A DNA stretch of 64,000 nt from an uncultured Hyphomicrobiales bacterium (GCA_964462685.1 CAYWYR010000016.1:14174-78173); one strand, 5' to 3'. Positions 39,911 to 50,417 are shown, numbered from the stretch's first letter. The notes: a model not told the origin generated them from the letters alone. Made by a program: numbers and translations.

Positions 39911-40567
39911 TTATGCCTTTAGCAGCTTCTCTATGTCTTCGCTTATTTCAGAAGGTTTGGTTTGTGGAGCATAACGCTCTACAGGCATACCGTTTTTATC
40001 AACCAAGAACTTTGTGAAATTCCACTTTATAGCATCAGTAACCAAACCAGACTGCTGGCTTTTAAGGTAGTTGAAAAGCGGGTGGGAATCGTCACCGTTT
40101 ACATCTACTTTGCTAAACATCGGGAAGGTAACGCCATAGTTAGCTTGGCAGAAATTAGCGATATCAGCACTCGAACCGGGCTCTTGCCCTCCGAACTGAT
40201 TACAAGGGAACCCGAGTACTTCCAGCCCTTGGTCCTTATATTGCGAATAAAGCTCCTGCAGTCCTTCATATTGTGGAGTAAAACCGCACTCTGATGCCGT
40301 ATTGACTATCAGCAACACCTTTCCGCTATAGTCAGATAGCGATTTTTCATCGCCATCCAAAGTCTCGGCTTTAAACTGGTATATTCCCTTATTCTCCGAC
40401 ATATCATCTCCTCCGTTATTACTATCTGTATAATTATGGGCCATTACTTCGTAACCGCCCTGTTTTTCGTTCATATCATCTATTTCATCGTAGTCGTCAT
40501 CAGCACCACCGCATGCGGTGATAGCTGCCAGAAACAGTGTAGCCATAATGGCGTTCAATACTTTCAT
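39911..40567 (-). CDS. Glutathione peroxidase family protein (Cys type) with lipoprotein signal extension
   Basis: [27 protein letters not shown] and WNFTKFLVD; lipobox ITAC. Confidence 0.93.
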   Translation of the reverse strand: MKVLNAIMATLFLAAITACGGADDDYDEIDDMNEKQGGYEVMAHNYTDSNNGGDDMSENKGIYQFKAETLDGDEKSLSDYSGKVLLIVNTASECGFTPQYEGLQELYSQYKDQGLEVLGFPCNQFGGQEPGSSADIANFCQANYGVTFPMFSKVDVNGDDSHPLFNYLKSQQSGLVTDAIKWNFTKFLVDKNGMPVERYAPQTKPSEISEDIEKLLKA

Positions 40568-40696
40568 AACATATATCCTAATATTTTGTTTATTGTTTTA
40601 CTATAAGTCGTTAGCGATTTTTTCTTATTGCCATAAAACAACTATGGCGTTATGATTGTTTTTAGTTAATTTACATACACTATAACAATCAACTAT

Positions 40697-41104
40697 ATGG
40701 AGGCAATTATGGATTTCTATAATCATACGATTCAAAACTTATTCAACTTTTCCGGAAGGACGCGGAGAGAGTATTTTTGGAAGACAATGGGTGCCGTATT
40801 TGCGATTAATATAGTGCTTGCTATACTCATGCCATTTGATCTGGGTATTATTACAGGTACACTAAGTTTTATATTTAATGTCGTATTCTTTGTTTTACTT
40901 CTAGGTATATCTATGAGGAGGCTACATGATACCGGAAAGAGCGGCTGGTATTTACTGCTTATGTTTATTCCAGTTATCGGCCAGTTGATCCTGATCTATT
41001 TTTGGGTACAGGACAGCGAAAGGATGCCAAATGAATATGGTCCATCACCAAAATATGATAATCCTGAATACGACAGCTTTCAATCACAACAAGCAAACTT
41101 CTGA
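40697..41104 (+). CDS. DUF805 family membrane protein
   Basis: FSGRTRREYF, RRLHDTGKSGW and NEYGPSP. Confidence 0.9.
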   Translation: MEAIMDFYNHTIQNLFNFSGRTRREYFWKTMGAVFAINIVLAILMPFDLGIITGTLSFIFNVVFFVLLLGISMRRLHDTGKSGWYLLLMFIPVIGQLILIYFWVQDSERMPNEYGPSPKYDNPEYDSFQSQQANF

Positions 41105-41202
41105 GAACGGGTTTCGGTTTGTAAAGCTATAGATTATGGCAGCAAACTCAGTTATAACTTATAGCAAAAGTATTTTCCAGTCTGAATTTTCTGTGGTCTT
41201 TC

Positions 41203-42054
41203 TTACTTTGTATCAGGTTTTACTCTTGAACTAAGCTCGCTTCCGCATCTCCAGCAGTAGTTAGCGCTTATCCAGTGGTGTTCGGCAGTACAGGTCGGGC
41301 ATGCCTGGGTGGATTCGTATTCTTTTTTATCCTGATTGGATAATTCGGCAGTTACTATTCCGGTGGGTATTGCGATAATCGCATAACCCATTATCATAAT
41401 CACGCTTGCTATTGTCTGGCCGAGAATAGTTTGCGGGGCGATATCCCCGTAGCCTACTGTAGTAAGTGTTACTATAGCCCAGTATATACTTCTCGGTATG
41501 CTTGTAAAGCCAGCCTCGGGGCTTTCTACTATATACATTACTGTACCCAAGAGCAGGCAAACAAGTGTTATGGCAAATAGGAAAACAGCTATCTTTCGCT
41601 TACTTGACGCAAGGGCAGTTGCGAGCTTTTGCGATTCACCGATGTATCTTGTCAGCTTCAGGATCCTGAATACACGCAATAGCCTAAGTGACCTAAATGC
41701 TATGAGCGCCTGGGTACCCACAAAAAACAGAGAGATATATTTCGGTAAGGTTGACATCAGATCAATAATGCCATAAAAGCTGAATATATAGCTCAAAGGC
41801 CGCCTTACACTTACTATCCTGGCTACATACTCGAAGGTAAAAAGAATAGTGACGAACCATTCAAGTGTATCGAACAGCTGGCCGTATTGAGCATCTATAC
41901 TTGCTACGCTTTCCAGCATAACAAGTATGACGCTCACGACAATTACGAACAAAAGAATAAGATCGAACAGTTTACCCGCAGGTGTATCTGCCTCATAAAT
42001 AACTTCATGAAGCTTCCTCTGCCAGGGTTTGAGCTCGTTTAAGTTGTCGCTCAT
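41203..42054 (-). CDS. Voltage-gated-type potassium channel (6 TM)
   Basis: TTVGYGD selectivity filter; S4 RSLRLLRVFRILK; C-terminal CPTC...CWRC. Confidence 0.93.
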   Translation of the reverse strand: MSDNLNELKPWQRKLHEVIYEADTPAGKLFDLILLFVIVVSVILVMLESVASIDAQYGQLFDTLEWFVTILFTFEYVARIVSVRRPLSYIFSFYGIIDLMSTLPKYISLFFVGTQALIAFRSLRLLRVFRILKLTRYIGESQKLATALASSKRKIAVFLFAITLVCLLLGTVMYIVESPEAGFTSIPRSIYWAIVTLTTVGYGDIAPQTILGQTIASVIMIMGYAIIAIPTGIVTAELSNQDKKEYESTQACPTCTAEHHWISANYCWRCGSELSSRVKPDTK

Positions 42055-42107
42055 AGAGTATTGCTCATTTATGGCTGGCCTTTACACATCTATGGAAATG
42101 CTAATTG

Positions 42108-42656
42108 TCATTGAAATGCCAGAAAAGCTTTCTCGGCACCGCTTAAAAGCTCTTTTTGCTGCACCGTATCTGTAGGTTCATTATCAAGCACTTCTTTAAA
42201 AGTAGCCCATGTCTTTCTGGCTTCTGGCTCGCTTGAGTAAAAGTCGAAGGCCTTAGTCTCCCAATCCTCAGATACCCTTGCAAGTCTTTTGTTTATGATA
42301 TCAGCACCCATATCCGAGCCTTTGAGTACATATAGCGCACCTAAAGCCTCATGCTTGCTTCTCAGCTCGAAATCGGCGTGGCTCGCATAGTCAGTAACAC
42401 CTAGCTTTTCCAGATCACTCTGCAAATAAACAGATTTTTCTTTGTAAGTATCATCGATCAGTTGCTGAACTCCGGGATCGGCATAATTTCTAAGTGACTT
42501 TTCTATAGAAGTATAAGGTTTATACATTTTAGTGAGAAGGGTTTTGTACTCCTCAATATCGTAATGCTTGCCGAAAATCTTATCGGCGCCCATAATCTCT
42601 TCGGTTTTGTCGTGAAGAGATTTGGTTTCGGTTTTAAGAAACTCGCTGTTTTTCAT
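42108..42656 (-). CDS. Heme oxygenase, biliverdin-producing (BphO/HemO-like)
   Basis: LKTETKSLHDKTE (proximal His); ALGALYVLKGSDMGA. Confidence 0.8.
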   Translation of the reverse strand: MKNSEFLKTETKSLHDKTEEIMGADKIFGKHYDIEEYKTLLTKMYKPYTSIEKSLRNYADPGVQQLIDDTYKEKSVYLQSDLEKLGVTDYASHADFELRSKHEALGALYVLKGSDMGADIINKRLARVSEDWETKAFDFYSSEPEARKTWATFKEVLDNEPTDTVQQKELLSGAEKAFLAFQ

Positions 42657-42812
42657 AGTATTGGTTATTTAATGTGAGAGAATCCAACCGCATGAGAATG
42701 TATTATACTTCTCAGATCAGATGGGTTTATCGGTTTGGCAATATAATAATCGGAACCCGCTTCTTCACATTTGATTTTTTAATTATCATTTTTATAAGCA
42801 GTTGAGGCTATT

Positions 42813-42841
42813 AAAAAAAAAGCCATCCTTACAGATGGCTT
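42813..42841 (-). terminator. Rho-independent terminator after the SPOR gene
   Basis: Minus strand AAGCCATC-tgtaag-GATGGCTT followed by a T-run. Confidence 0.8.
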
Positions 42842-42870
42842 AATAACATTGATAACTGTAAGGATTCAGC

Positions 42871-43947
42871 TCATTTTTCGATGATGATTGGCTCGCAGTC
42901 ACACTGTCTCGCAACAATTATTCTTGCTGCCTCTGCTGATGATTTAGAACTATAATTACCGATCACAACTGAATACAGCGGCTTGCCCTCTGAACTCAAA
43001 TCGATTACTTCCGTTCTCATTCTCTGCTGAATGTACTTCGCTTTCATATCCTCAGCACCGTCCATATCTGACAGAGCCGCTACCTGCAAACCAAAGTAAC
43101 CTGTTTTAACTCTCTCCGGTTTTTTAGCAATCTCTGGTTCAGAATCTGTACTGGCGATAAGAATCATCTCGTCTTTCTCATCTTCTGCTGAATCAGGCAT
43201 CTTATCCTGCAGAGGTTTGATCTCAGTCTTCTCAGTGAGATCATCAGCGGCATCAACTTGATCCTCTATATTCTTCTCTACCTTAACAGCAATAATCTCG
43301 GGCTTCTTATCATCAACTTTAGTTGTGATGGCCTCGGCGGGTACAGGTATAGTTTCCTTAACTTTTGGCTCAATGGCTACCTTAGCGGCAACAGACTGCT
43401 CTTTGGCTTTTGTTTTGGTATCTGGTAGTGGTTTAAGGCTGGCAGCCATATCAATTGGCGGAGTTAGTAGAGGCCCTTCCACAACTGCTTTTATCTCAGC
43501 TCTTGTCATAGCGATTGATGATCTGACAACATCTATAGCGGGCACCAGATATCCTGATGTAGGATAACGCCTACGGAAGTTATTCAACTCTCCCTTCGCT
43601 TTAGTAGTATCACCCATCACCGCATAAAACTGTACTATTCTCCAATATGCATCATCCGCCCATTCGCTCTCGGGGTGGTTGTCAGTTATTCTTTTATAGA
43701 TATCAAGTGCTTTGAAGGCATCGTCTATCACCACACCCAGAAGCAATTGAACCCCAGGGTCGTTTGGCCTTTCAACCATTAGGTCTGGTAGTTTGGCCTT
43801 TACATCCTGTAGCCTTCCGTCGGCTATCATTGTCAGGTAGGTGGCTGTTTGTTTGTCCGCTTCTGAAGGCCCTTCAGCTGCTGCGGTGTTAAGTAGGCCG
43901 ATCACGGCTGTAATCAGAGCGCTTACAGTAATAATTCCCTTGCGCAT
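42871..43947 (-). CDS. TPR/BamD-like plus SPOR domain periplasmic protein (start 43947 preferred)
   Basis: GGGGAG SD before MRKGIIT signal peptide; HPESEWADDAY and RRYPTS; C-terminal FGLQVAAL...LYSVVIGNY. Confidence 0.8.
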   Translation of the reverse strand: MRKGIITVSALITAVIGLLNTAAAEGPSEADKQTATYLTMIADGRLQDVKAKLPDLMVERPNDPGVQLLLGVVIDDAFKALDIYKRITDNHPESEWADDAYWRIVQFYAVMGDTTKAKGELNNFRRRYPTSGYLVPAIDVVRSSIAMTRAEIKAVVEGPLLTPPIDMAASLKPLPDTKTKAKEQSVAAKVAIEPKVKETIPVPAEAITTKVDDKKPEIIAVKVEKNIEDQVDAADDLTEKTEIKPLQDKMPDSAEDEKDEMILIASTDSEPEIAKKPERVKTGYFGLQVAALSDMDGAEDMKAKYIQQRMRTEVIDLSSEGKPLYSVVIGNYSSKSSAEAARIIVARQCDCEPIIIEK

Positions 43948-44310
43948 AAGATTCTCCCCCCGGAAATCTAATGAAGTAATATTTTTGCTTATTTGGTACA
44001 GATTGCGAGTTCTCCACATTTCGTAGTGGATAATACAATCGGTCATGGAGCTAAATTATATAAAAACTATGATATAGCAAGTGATTGATTTATATAATCT
44101 TACCTCAATTTTGCCAAACTCTTTATCCAATAGGGTTCTACCAATTATTTTTTTTGGTAAGACGATAAAAAAAACACGGATTGATAAACATCAGCCATTG
44201 CATTACGTTTTTATCAGTGATAATCTTTTGCTATATGCTCTTTGATTATTCAGATTTATTAAATTAGCATTACTAAAAATCTTAACAATTCAATTATTAT
44301 CGGAGATAAC

Positions 44311-44868
44311 GTGGAATTAACGAAAAAACTTCTTGATCACCCGTTCTACCAGTCTTGGACAAAAGGCGAGATCACTATGGATCAGCTTTCAATCTACCAT
44401 GATTCTTATGCTGAGTTTATCGCAAGAGTACCTGAATTCTGGGAAAAAGCAATAAATGGCCTCGGTGATGATTCTTCTTACGGCAAAACTGTAGTAAAAG
44501 AAGAAACCGACCATATCGCCCTTTGGGATGAATGGAAACACAGACTGCCTGAAAACAGCGGTTTTCCAAGAATGACTGAGATAATGGAATCACTTGATAC
44601 AATGACTCCTTCAGAGCTTTTAGGAGCTATACACTCGTTCGAGATTCAGCAGCCAGAAGTAGCAAAAACTAAAAAAGAAGGTTTAGTTTGCCACTACGGT
44701 TACAAAGAAGAAGAAATGACTTACTTTGACGACCACGAAGAAGAAGCTGGACACATTAGGTTCGGGCAGATGCTCGCTGATAAAGCAGCAAACAAGGAAG
44801 AGTTTGAAAACGGCTTCAGAAGAGGTAGCGAGCTTTTCTACAAAGGCCTTGATCTTTTCATGAACTAA
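44311..44868 (+). CDS. CADD/PqqC-like heme-oxygenase-fold di-metal enzyme
   Basis: LLDHPFYQSW..GE, EETDHIALW, FEIQQPEVAKTKKEGL..HYG and YFDDHEEEAGH. Confidence 0.8.
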   Translation: MELTKKLLDHPFYQSWTKGEITMDQLSIYHDSYAEFIARVPEFWEKAINGLGDDSSYGKTVVKEETDHIALWDEWKHRLPENSGFPRMTEIMESLDTMTPSELLGAIHSFEIQQPEVAKTKKEGLVCHYGYKEEEMTYFDDHEEEAGHIRFGQMLADKAANKEEFENGFRRGSELFYKGLDLFMN

Positions 44869-44905
44869 TACGCAAATCGCTTTGAAGCGCTTTAGATATT
44901 ACATT

Positions 44906-44944
44906 AGAAAACCCGTTATCTTTAGCGGGTTTTCTTTTTTTTTT
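44906..44944 (+). terminator. Rho-independent terminator
   Basis: AGAAAACCCGTTA-tctt-TAGCGGGTTTTCT followed by a T-run. Confidence 0.85.
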
Positions 44945-44981
44945 CTGGCAATCACCTGGAATTTTAAGCGAAAAAGGGTTG

Positions 44982-45389
44982 TCACATCTTACCGTGCTCA
45001 ACAAGCATACAGGCGTTTTCTATGTACTCTAATCCACCCTCTTCGGCCATTCTTCTTGCCTCATCATCGAATATACCGAGCTGAAGCCATACAGCCTTTA
45101 TATCGCCTTTCTCCTCTTTCCTTCTGAGAGCTTGTCTGACTATTTCTTTAGCTTCCGAAGACGGCCTGAATACATTAAGTATCTCAATATCCTCCTCGAT
45201 ATCCGATAGCTTTGGATATGTTTTTATATCCCCTATCTGGCTTTGCTTAGGATTGATTCCTATTACGTCATATCCGTTGCCAGCCATATACATCGGCACT
45301 TTATGCGAGGGTTTATTCTCATTTGCTGATAGTCCGTACACGGCTATCTTATCGTATTTTTTTAATATCTCAACAGTTGGGTCGAACAT
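44982..45389 (-). CDS. CoA-binding protein (YccU-like)
   Basis: IAVYGLS...KPSHKV, NVFRPS, VWLQLGI and NACMLVEH. Confidence 0.92.
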   Translation of the reverse strand: MFDPTVEILKKYDKIAVYGLSANENKPSHKVPMYMAGNGYDVIGINPKQSQIGDIKTYPKLSDIEEDIEILNVFRPSSEAKEIVRQALRRKEEKGDIKAVWLQLGIFDDEARRMAEEGGLEYIENACMLVEHGKM

Positions 45390-45394
45390 ATTTA

Positions 45395-46318
45395 TTATTT
45401 TTCTTTTAGTTTGTTAATATCCATTACCTCGTCAAGCTTTTCCCCGCCCTTTATGCCGAAGTCCAAAGTTCTGATTGGGAATGGAATCATGATATCGTTA
45501 TCGTCAAATGCTTTTTTAAGGGCTCTTACGCCTGAGTCTATCCCTATCAGATAATCGTTTTTCTTAGTATCGAATTTAACCCAGTACCGTGCCGTGAAGT
45601 TAATAGAACTATCCCCAAATGAATTGAACAGAACTGTCGTTTCACTTTCGTTTATGGTATGCTCGGCGGAATTTATCGCCTCCAGAGCGATCTTTTTCAC
45701 TTTATCCAGATCATCACCGTAAGATATACCGCATTCTAAGTCTATCCTTCTTATGCCGGCAATATTGTAGTTAGTAATCGGGTTTTGAAGCACATCCTTA
45801 TTAGGGATCAGAACATGTTCCCCTGTAAATAACTGAAGTTCTGTTATTCTAAGATCTATTCTTCTTACTGTACCTTCAAAATCACTTGTCCTTATTATGT
45901 CCCCCACTTTGAAAGGTGTCCTTATAGATAACATAATCCCGGACATGAAATTGCTGGCGATATCCTGAAAAGCGAAACCGAGAGCAAGGCCTATAATCCC
46001 TACGCCCGCCAAAAGGCTGGTTACTGTCTTATCAAGATCCAGAACCCCGAGTGCGAAAAACAATCCCGCTACAAGAACAAGCAGCCTTACAACAGTTGAT
46101 AGGAGTTTGTTTATCTCCTTATGGCTCGATAGCCTATCGAGTACACTGTTTGTTCCTCTTCTAGCCCATTTTGATAAATAGTTAAATGCGATAAGTATAA
46201 TTATCGCAAGTGCGAGATTAGGAAGCATTCTTATCGCTTCCTCGCCCCATAGTTGCAGTTTATCTACTATTTCGTTTAGATTATCAGAAAACAAGTATAT
46301 CCTCACATTAATAAACAA
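45395..46318 (-). CDS. Small-conductance mechanosensitive channel (MscS family)
   Basis: GLALGFAFQD..SNF.SG, PFKVGD, IPN, FGDSSINF and IPFP. Confidence 0.93.
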   Translation of the reverse strand: MFINVRIYLFSDNLNEIVDKLQLWGEEAIRMLPNLALAIIILIAFNYLSKWARRGTNSVLDRLSSHKEINKLLSTVVRLLVLVAGLFFALGVLDLDKTVTSLLAGVGIIGLALGFAFQDIASNFMSGIMLSIRTPFKVGDIIRTSDFEGTVRRIDLRITELQLFTGEHVLIPNKDVLQNPITNYNIAGIRRIDLECGISYGDDLDKVKKIALEAINSAEHTINESETTVLFNSFGDSSINFTARYWVKFDTKKNDYLIGIDSGVRALKKAFDDNDIMIPFPIRTLDFGIKGGEKLDEVMDINKLKEK

Positions 46319-46359
46319 TTAGATAATGTAAAGATGTATTAAACCTGCTTTAATTTTAA

Positions 46360-49008
46360 TTATTTTCTTTTCGCTTCCGATATCAGCTCGGCAAGCCTTT
46401 TGAAAGCCTCTATAGGAGTTATGTTCTCTATATTCATAGCTTTAAGTTTATCCCGCAATTCATCATCCTGAAAGGTAAAGATCGCAAGCTGATCCGGATC
46501 ATCCTTTTTTACTTTTGGCTTTACAGCACTAACAGCAGTGATGGAATCACCCTCGCTTTTGGTTTCCAAACCTTCCATAATCTCTTTGGAGCGATCTATT
46601 ATCGAATAAGGTAAACCCGCCATCTCCGCTACGTGGACGCCGAAACTGTGGTCGCTATGGCCCGGTACAACCCTATGGGTGAATAAAATCCTACCCTGAT
46701 TGTCATTTACCTCCACCCGCATATTTACTGCTTTATCATACTGTTTTTCAAGCTCTGCAAGCTCATGGTAATGTGTGGCGAATATCGCGTTGGAGCCAAG
46801 TTTTTCAAGTATATGCTCAGCAATCGCCCACGCAATTGAAATGCCGTCATAAGTGGCTGTTCCCCGGCCGATTTCATCAAGCAGCAATAGCGACTTTTCA
46901 GTTGCGGTATTCATGATAGTTGCGGCTTCCTGCATTTCCACCAAAAAAGTGGACTGGCCGGTCTGGAGATTATCATGTGCCCCTACCCGTGTAAATACCC
47001 TATCAACAATACTCATCTCGCATTCGGTAGCAGGTACAAAACAGCCAGCCTGCGCCATTATCACGATAAGACCGTTTTGTTTTAGATAAATAGACTTACC
47101 TGACATATTAGGCCCGGTTAGCACTATCAGTTTTTTCTCATCATCCGATAGATTCAGATCATTGCTTACAAAGCCAGTACCAGCGGGAAGCAGTTTTTCC
47201 ACAATCGGGTGCCTTCCACCCGAGATAGCGATATGGCCAGTAGTGTTTTCTATGATTTTCGGCCTTATGTATCCGTTCTTTCTGGCAATGCCAGCAAATG
47301 AAAGCACAGTATCAAGTTCCGCTAAGCAGGCGGCGAGTTTATGGAGTTCCCTGATATATTCAACTATCCGAACGGCAACCTGAGATAGTATCTCTATTTC
47401 CAGAGTTGAGATATTTTCCTCAGCGCCATGGATTTTCTCTTCGAATTCCTGAAGTTTAGGTGATATATACCTTTCAGCATTAGCTAACGTCTGTTTTCTG
47501 GTAAGCCCTAAGGCTTCAAGATCAAGCTTATCGGAATGAACTCTGGATATTTCTATATAGTATCCGAAAACATTGTTCTGGCCGATCTTTATAGTGCTGA
47601 CACCCGTTTTCTCCCTTAGTTCATCTCTATACCTATCCAGCCACTGCTTTGCGTTTCGCTTTAGCTCTCTTAACCCATCAAGCTCTTCATTATACCCGTA
47701 GGCGATTGCATTGCCGCTTCCGAGAGATGTAGGCGGGTCTTCAGCTATGGCAGTTTTCAGTAAACTGTTCAAATCCTCGAAACCCAAAAGCGATTCGACC
47801 CAGATTCTCCAGATATCCTCATCAATGAGCTCCTCCCTTATTTTCGGCAGTACTGAAAGACAGTCTCTGATTGAGCTGAAATCCCGTGGGATGAACTTTC
47901 CTCTGGAAATCTTTGAAAGCAGTCTTTCAATATCGCAAACCCCATCCAGTAAGGATTCCAAACGGACCATCAATTTTTCGTCGCGGTACAGGCTTTCAAC
48001 TTTGTCGTGTCTTTGAATGATAGCGTTGTACTCCAAAAGCGGCATGGATATCCAGCTTTTGAGCATTCGGCTGCCCATAGCTGTTTTGGTCATATCTAAC
48101 TCTTGGAATAATGAACCCTCTTTACCGCCAGAAAGATTGGAAAAAGTAATCTCAAGGTTTTTCCTGGTAGCAAGGTCAAGATTCATAAAATCGCCGGAGC
48201 TTCTCCTTTTAATATCTGTAAGATGCTTTGGCAATTCGCCTTGTAACTGTTTGATATAGTTCAGCAGCGCACCCAGGGCGTTGATTATAGGGCTATCCCG
48301 CTCGAAACCATATCCCTTAGTATCATTAGCAGGGAATTTTTCTTTAAATATATCCAGCCCGAACGTTGAATCAAAAAGCCAGTCATCCAGTTTGGTAATT
48401 GCTAAACCATTCTCCCTATGCTGATCCAGTAGTCTTTCCAGCACGGGATAATCCTCTTTTGCCAATAGAATCTCTGATGGGGAGACAGCTGCGATAGTAT
48501 CGGATATCTCGGATTTTGGCAGTTCATCAACTACCAGTTCTCCAGTTGATATATCGCACCATGCAGCACCTACTACATCAGGTATATTATTTTTTTGATA
48601 GTTGATGATTTTGATACACAGTACAAAATTGTTCTTTCCGGAATCCAGCATTTTCTCATATAGAGCCACCCCTGGGGTTACAATTTCAGTCACACCGCGT
48701 TTAACTATACCTTTTGCTTTTTTGGGGTCTTCAAGCTGCTCGCACACCGCAACCCTATAGCCAGCTTTTACTAACTTAGGCAGATAGTTATCAAGCTGGT
48801 GATGGGGGAATCCCGCTAGCTCTGTTTTGCCAGCGGCACCGTTATTTCTTTTGGTAAGAGTGATACCGCACACCTTTGCCGCTGTTATTGCGTCTTCACC
48901 AAAGGTCTCATAAAAATCACCTAATCTGAAAAGAAGAATCGATTCAGGGTATTTGCTCTTTATTTCGTTATACTGCTTGGTAAGCGGGGTTTCTTTTTTG
49001 GCGGACAT
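46360..49008 (-). CDS. mutS: DNA mismatch repair protein MutS
   Basis: FRLGDFYETF, TGPNMSGKS, STFLVEM, DEIGRGT and FATHYHEL. Confidence 0.97.
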   Translation of the reverse strand: MSAKKETPLTKQYNEIKSKYPESILLFRLGDFYETFGEDAITAAKVCGITLTKRNNGAAGKTELAGFPHHQLDNYLPKLVKAGYRVAVCEQLEDPKKAKGIVKRGVTEIVTPGVALYEKMLDSGKNNFVLCIKIINYQKNNIPDVVGAAWCDISTGELVVDELPKSEISDTIAAVSPSEILLAKEDYPVLERLLDQHRENGLAITKLDDWLFDSTFGLDIFKEKFPANDTKGYGFERDSPIINALGALLNYIKQLQGELPKHLTDIKRRSSGDFMNLDLATRKNLEITFSNLSGGKEGSLFQELDMTKTAMGSRMLKSWISMPLLEYNAIIQRHDKVESLYRDEKLMVRLESLLDGVCDIERLLSKISRGKFIPRDFSSIRDCLSVLPKIREELIDEDIWRIWVESLLGFEDLNSLLKTAIAEDPPTSLGSGNAIAYGYNEELDGLRELKRNAKQWLDRYRDELREKTGVSTIKIGQNNVFGYYIEISRVHSDKLDLEALGLTRKQTLANAERYISPKLQEFEEKIHGAEENISTLEIEILSQVAVRIVEYIRELHKLAACLAELDTVLSFAGIARKNGYIRPKIIENTTGHIAISGGRHPIVEKLLPAGTGFVSNDLNLSDDEKKLIVLTGPNMSGKSIYLKQNGLIVIMAQAGCFVPATECEMSIVDRVFTRVGAHDNLQTGQSTFLVEMQEAATIMNTATEKSLLLLDEIGRGTATYDGISIAWAIAEHILEKLGSNAIFATHYHELAELEKQYDKAVNMRVEVNDNQGRILFTHRVVPGHSDHSFGVHVAEMAGLPYSIIDRSKEIMEGLETKSEGDSITAVSAVKPKVKKDDPDQLAIFTFQDDELRDKLKAMNIENITPIEAFKRLAELISEAKRK

Positions 49009-49090
49009 AAATAGTTAACTTTGTGTCAGATTGTTTGGGACTAAATACCAATATACCCAAACGGAAAATTATTAACTTTAGATATATATT

Positions 49091-49564
49091 GTGGATTATT
49101 CTCACGTAAACTTTTTTGTCAGGTCTATTTTAGCTGTTGCTTTAGGGCTGATTGCATTTTCGCTATACATGGCTTATTCCAACAGGAGCAAGCTTATTGA
49201 TGGTGAAATAACGAAAGGCAAAGCAGTTGAATATGTAGTTTCTGATAGTAGTGATAACGATGCTCAAAGTGAAACTTCGGATACTGGCAATCTGATAAGA
49301 TACCCAAAGATTGAATTTACAGCGGCGGATGGGGATACTTATACATTTGTTGAAAATAACTTTTCCGTTATGGCCAAGCAGCAGAAAGGTTTTGATGTCA
49401 TATATAATCCCGAAGACCCTACAGAAGCAATGGTGTATAGCGGAATAGATATCTATGGCTTGCCGGTAATAACTTTTATGACAGGACTTGGCTGCCTCGC
49501 TTTTGGATTTACGGCATATAGGATAAACAGAAAAAAAAGCAACTTAGGTGATAGGATTGGTTGA
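49091..49564 (+). CDS. DUF3592-like membrane protein
   Basis: Two TM helices flanking YPKIEFT..DG and VIYNPEDPTEA. Confidence 0.7.
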   Translation: MDYSHVNFFVRSILAVALGLIAFSLYMAYSNRSKLIDGEITKGKAVEYVVSDSSDNDAQSETSDTGNLIRYPKIEFTAADGDTYTFVENNFSVMAKQQKGFDVIYNPEDPTEAMVYSGIDIYGLPVITFMTGLGCLAFGFTAYRINRKKSNLGDRIG

Positions 49565-50387
49565 GGCAAACAAAAGCTTACCTATAGGTATATTCGATTC
49601 TGGGGTGGGCGGGATAACAGTATTGAAAGAGCTACAGAATAAAATGCCTCATGAAGATTTTATTTATCTCGGAGACACCGCCAGAGTACCTTATGGCAAT
49701 AAATCATCAGACCTGATCAAAAGATATACAGAGGAATGCGTCGGATTTCTAATATCCAAAGGTGTTAAGATGATAGTTATAGCTTGCAATACAGCTTCAT
49801 CTTACGGTTACGATACCGCTATCAAGTTTGCCGGCGATATCCCCATAATCGAAATGATCAAGCCAGCCTCGCGGGCGGCGGCTTCAATTACGCGTACAGG
49901 TAATATCGCTGTACTGGGTACAAAAGGTACGATTGCAAATGGTGCCTATAGCAGGGAAATCTATAATAACACTAAAAGTTCTATATGCGATGATCTGAAA
50001 GTCACCTCTATTGCTTGTCCGCTTTTTGTTCCTTTTATCGAGGAAGGCCAGTGCGATCATGAAGCTTTGTATATAATCGCTAAAGAGTATCTTTCTAAGA
50101 TTATTGATACAGGTAAAGTCGATACGGTAATCATGGGCTGCACTCATTACCCGTTTATTGAAAAGATACTCTCTAAAGTATTAGGGGATGGAGTAACACT
50201 TATCAATACAGGTACATCCGCAGCGGCGGTGGCAGAAAAGTCACTTTCGGAAAAAGAGTTACTGAAAAGCGATTCGGTAGCCGGTAAATCTGAATTTTAC
50301 GTTACCGATTCTCCGGATATGTTCGGCACAGTTACCGAAGACAATCTCGGGTATAAAATTGACAGCATTCTAAAAGTATATTTATAG
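49548..50387 (+). CDS. murI: Glutamate racemase
   Basis: FDSGVGG, PYGNKS, ACNTAS and GCTHYP. Confidence 0.97.
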   Translation: MIGLVEANKSLPIGIFDSGVGGITVLKELQNKMPHEDFIYLGDTARVPYGNKSSDLIKRYTEECVGFLISKGVKMIVIACNTASSYGYDTAIKFAGDIPIIEMIKPASRAAASITRTGNIAVLGTKGTIANGAYSREIYNNTKSSICDDLKVTSIACPLFVPFIEEGQCDHEALYIIAKEYLSKIIDTGKVDTVIMGCTHYPFIEKILSKVLGDGVTLINTGTSAAAVAEKSLSEKELLKSDSVAGKSEFYVTDSPDMFGTVTEDNLGYKIDSILKVYL

Positions 50388-50409
50388 ACTAGAATATTGA
50401 TGATTTAGT

Positions 50410-50417
50410 TATATTTG
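50410..50417 (+). promoter_or_regulatory. TAnnTTTG-type promoter element
   Basis: TATATTTG ends 35 nt upstream of ATG 50453. Confidence 0.5.

Noticed and set aside
39911-40567. Selenocysteine glutathione peroxidase
   Set aside because: The active-site codon is TGC (Cys); no in-frame TGA.
40600-40635. Further ECF promoter upstream of gpx (GCAAT...CGACT)
   Set aside because: The -35 element matches TGTAACC too poorly.
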